DNA of 63,575 nt, the filler included. It is 6 parts of 6 records of this genome, joined end to end, with 100 filler letters (N's around TTAATTAATTAA, not from the genome) between each part and the next. Parts side by side here need not be neighbours in the genome. Positions count along the whole stretch, not along the records: positions 57,374 to 63,575 come from DRR378314_1089; 5 more parts are not named here. One strand, written 5' to 3'. Shown in pieces: positions 61,054 to 63,575 of the stretch (positions are counted from its first letter, which is position 1; the number at the start of each line of letters is the position of its first letter). The notes beneath the pieces are model-generated. The model did no database searches. It was not told the DNA's origin and was given only the letters and a program-made list of their open reading frames with translations. Both the position numbers and the translations under genes were made by a program.

Positions 61054-61992
61054 ATGCCCCGCAAGATCATCATCGACACCGACCCTGGTCAGGACGACGC
61101 CGTCGCCATCCTTCTGGCGCTGGCCAGCCCCGAAGAGATCGAGGTTCTGGGCATCACCGCCGTCGCCGGAAACGTACCGCTGGAACTGACCGCCAAGAAC
61201 GCCCGTATCGTCTGCGAATTGGCAGGGCACACTGATGTGCCCGTCTATGCCGGGTGTGATCGCCCCTTGAATCGCCCTCTGGTGACTGCTGAACATGTGC
61301 ACGGTAAAACCGGGCTCGACGGCCCTGTGCTGCCCGATCCTGAAATGCCTCTGGCCGAAGGCCACGCAGTCGATTTCATCATCGACACTCTGCGCGCGCA
61401 TGAGCCGGGCACGGTGACGCTCTGCCCGCTGGGACCGTTGACCAATATCGCCACTGCCTTCCGTAAAGCCCCCGATATCATCGATCGAGTGCGGGAAATT
61501 GTTCTGATGGGCGGGGCCTATTTCGAGGTTGGCAACATCACTCCGACAGCAGAATTTAACATCTACGTCGACCCTGAAGCCGCTGATATCGTGTTTAAAT
61601 CTGGAACTCACATCGTCGTGATGCCGTTGGATGTCACCCATGACGCGTTGGTCACGCCACATCGCAACGATGCGTTCCGAGCGTTGGACAGCAAGGTTGG
61701 TCATGCGGTGGCAGAGATGACCGACTTCTTCGAACGCTTCGATAAAGAAAAATACGGATCCGAGGGCGCACCGCTTCACGACCCCTGCGTGACGGCTTAT
61801 CTGATCAAACCGGACCTGTTCTCTGGCCGTCACGTCAATGTTGAAATCGAAACCCAATCCGAATTGACGTTGGGCATGACAGTGGCAGACTGGTGGGGGG
61901 TCACGAACCGCTCGCCAAATGCCATGTTCATAAGCGATGTTGATGCTCAAGGCTTTTTCGACCTGCTCACAGAAAGGCTGGCCCGCCTATGA
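61054..61992 (+). CDS. Inosine/uridine-preferring nucleoside hydrolase
   Basis: IIIDTDPGQDDA, VAGNV, HGKTGL, GPLTNIA, AEFNIYVDP, LDVTH, LHDP. Confidence 0.95.
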   Translation: MPRKIIIDTDPGQDDAVAILLALASPEEIEVLGITAVAGNVPLELTAKNARIVCELAGHTDVPVYAGCDRPLNRPLVTAEHVHGKTGLDGPVLPDPEMPLAEGHAVDFIIDTLRAHEPGTVTLCPLGPLTNIATAFRKAPDIIDRVREIVLMGGAYFEVGNITPTAEFNIYVDPEAADIVFKSGTHIVVMPLDVTHDALVTPHRNDAFRALDSKVGHAVAEMTDFFERFDKEKYGSEGAPLHDPCVTAYLIKPDLFSGRHVNVEIETQSELTLGMTVADWWGVTNRSPNAMFISDVDAQGFFDLLTERLARL

Positions 61993-62438
61993 CCGCCGCT
62001 CTCCGCCTTGCCCGTCCCGATGATCTGAACCGACTGATGGCGCTGGTTGCAGCGTTTCATTCGGAATCCGGCATTGATCAGGATGACGAGAAACGCCGCA
62101 ATGCGCTGGCCCCTCTGTTAGAGGGCATACCGCACGGGTGTATCTATCTGATCGGACCAGGCCGCGCACCGTTGGGATATGTCATCCTCACGTTTGGCTG
62201 GTCTGTCGAATTTGGCGGTATGGATGCATTCGTGGATGAAATCTATATCCGCCCCGCGGTCCGCGGACGCGGTATCGCCACGGAGGTGCTGCACGACCTG
62301 CCCAAGGCCCTTGCCGAAGCCGGGCTGACGGCCCTGCATCTTGAGGTCGACCGCACCAACGAAACCGCGCAGAAGCTTTATCTGCGTTCAGGTTTCAAAC
62401 CGCGCGATCGCTATATGCTGATGAGCAAATCGCTCTAG
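61989..62438 (+). CDS. GNAT family N-acetyltransferase
   Basis: VDEIYIRPAVRGRGIA, LEVDRTNETAQKLY..SGF; ATGA overlap with the upstream gene. Confidence 0.9.
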   Translation: MTAALRLARPDDLNRLMALVAAFHSESGIDQDDEKRRNALAPLLEGIPHGCIYLIGPGRAPLGYVILTFGWSVEFGGMDAFVDEIYIRPAVRGRGIATEVLHDLPKALAEAGLTALHLEVDRTNETAQKLYLRSGFKPRDRYMLMSKSL

Positions 62439-62602
62439 CGCGATTCCCCCCTGAAGATCACCGCTGGATTGACCATGTCCTGCACTGGATCATCCTGCGA
62501 GACCGCCGTTCCCGTAATCGGATAGGTCCCCGGCTCTGTGCAAGCAGCCAGCAACCCCGCCGAAAGCATTGAAATTACGAGAAAGACCTTTGAAGCAGAC
62601 AT
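62435..62602 (-). CDS. Small 55-aa lipoprotein (missing from the ORF track)
   Basis: MSASKVFLVISMLSAGLLAAC-TEPGTYPITGTAVSQDDPVQDMVNPAVIFRGESR*; lipobox LAAC and purine-rich RBS AAAGGGGG. Confidence 0.7.
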   Translation of the reverse strand: MSASKVFLVISMLSAGLLAACTEPGTYPITGTAVSQDDPVQDMVNPAVIFRGESR

Positions 62603-62704
62603 CTTGTCCCCCTTTCTGCAATGCTGGCAGACTATCGGAGGTCATGACGCGACAAAAGGAACAAGTTCACACATATTGATATTTATGTCGGCCTTAAGCG
62701 CCGG

Positions 62705-63022
62705 TCACAGGCAGTTCTTATTGAACGTCCGCTCCATGGTCTTGAACTGTTTTTGCACCCGCTTAGGCTCGGGCAGCGCCTTTAACTGCTCGGTTACGTT
62801 CTCACCCGTATACCAGGATTGAAACAACAGCGCCTTGATATCATCGTCCAGAACTGTGTCGGCGACGTTATAGGTGCACAGGCATTCCTCCATCGTGATC
62901 TGCCCGCTCGGGTCACCTTCAACCATCTTCTGGCAAACTGCCTGTGGCGGACGGTCCGCCAATGCAAGTTGAGGCAAGATCAACAGCGCCCCCGCGCCAG
63001 CGATATTTTTGATTGTGGTCAT
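62705..63022 (-). CDS. Small secreted hypothetical protein with four Cys
   Basis: GGGAGG RBS; signal peptide MTTIKNIAGAGALLILPQLALA; mature pattern C...CxC...C. Confidence 0.7.
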   Translation of the reverse strand: MTTIKNIAGAGALLILPQLALADRPPQAVCQKMVEGDPSGQITMEECLCTYNVADTVLDDDIKALLFQSWYTGENVTEQLKALPEPKRVQKQFKTMERTFNKNCL

Positions 63023-63097
63023 AAGACGTCCCCTCCCATCAGCCATTGCACCGTGGACTACGATGTCCAGCTTAGACGGATCAGGGATGACGCAAAG

Positions 63098-63128
63098 AAA
63101 AAAATAGCCCCGGCGTTGCAGCCGGGGC
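63098..63128 (-). terminator. Rho-independent terminator of eno
   Basis: Stem GCCCCGGC / GCCGGGGC followed on the minus strand by a T-run. Confidence 0.8.
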
Positions 63129-63157
63129 CATATCGGATATCTGGTCAGAGGGTCAGA

Positions 63158-63575
<418 letters not shown>

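Noticed and set aside
57907-61950. Long antisense ORFs 57907-58653 and 60826-61950
   Set aside because: They mirror speB and the nucleoside hydrolase and contain no recognisable motifs.

Overview
This window is not one locus. It is six unrelated contigs joined by five identical 100-bp artificial linkers (44 N + TTAATTAATTAA + 44 N). Four contigs (1-7265, 31517-39284, 39385-47628, 47729-57273) come from a GC-rich, intron-rich eukaryote, probably a marine protist or alga. Their genes were rebuilt by hand from GT-AG junctions: an IQGAP-like CH-domain protein, ATG4, centrin, the last exon of N-myristoyltransferase, an unknown protein with a tandem HTH-like domain, a HEATR3/Syo1-like protein, a plant-type WD40-like protein, an Sfi1-like protein, a GONST-type GDP-sugar transporter and an intronless STAND-NTPase/TPR (NLR-like) protein. 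Contig 7366-31416 is a Halomonas-like gammaproteobacterial core region (purB-hflD-mnmA-icd-clpSA-infA-bpt-aat-ftsK-lolA-rarA-murI-trmA-gdhB). Contig 57374-63575 is Rhodobacteraceae/Roseobacter-like (two ureohydrolases, an M20 amidohydrolase, mazG, a nucleoside hydrolase, enolase). The mix looks like an assembly from a non-axenic culture. The best novelty candidates are the eukaryotic tandem-HTH protein, the intronless NLR-like gene, a strong +4C splice-donor consensus, a hemerythrin-fold protein lacking several metal ligands, and an inverted rarA with a perfect 28-bp palindrome at its stop codon. No CRISPR array, rRNA, tRNA or transposase was recognised. All family and taxon calls come from recalled motifs, not database searches.
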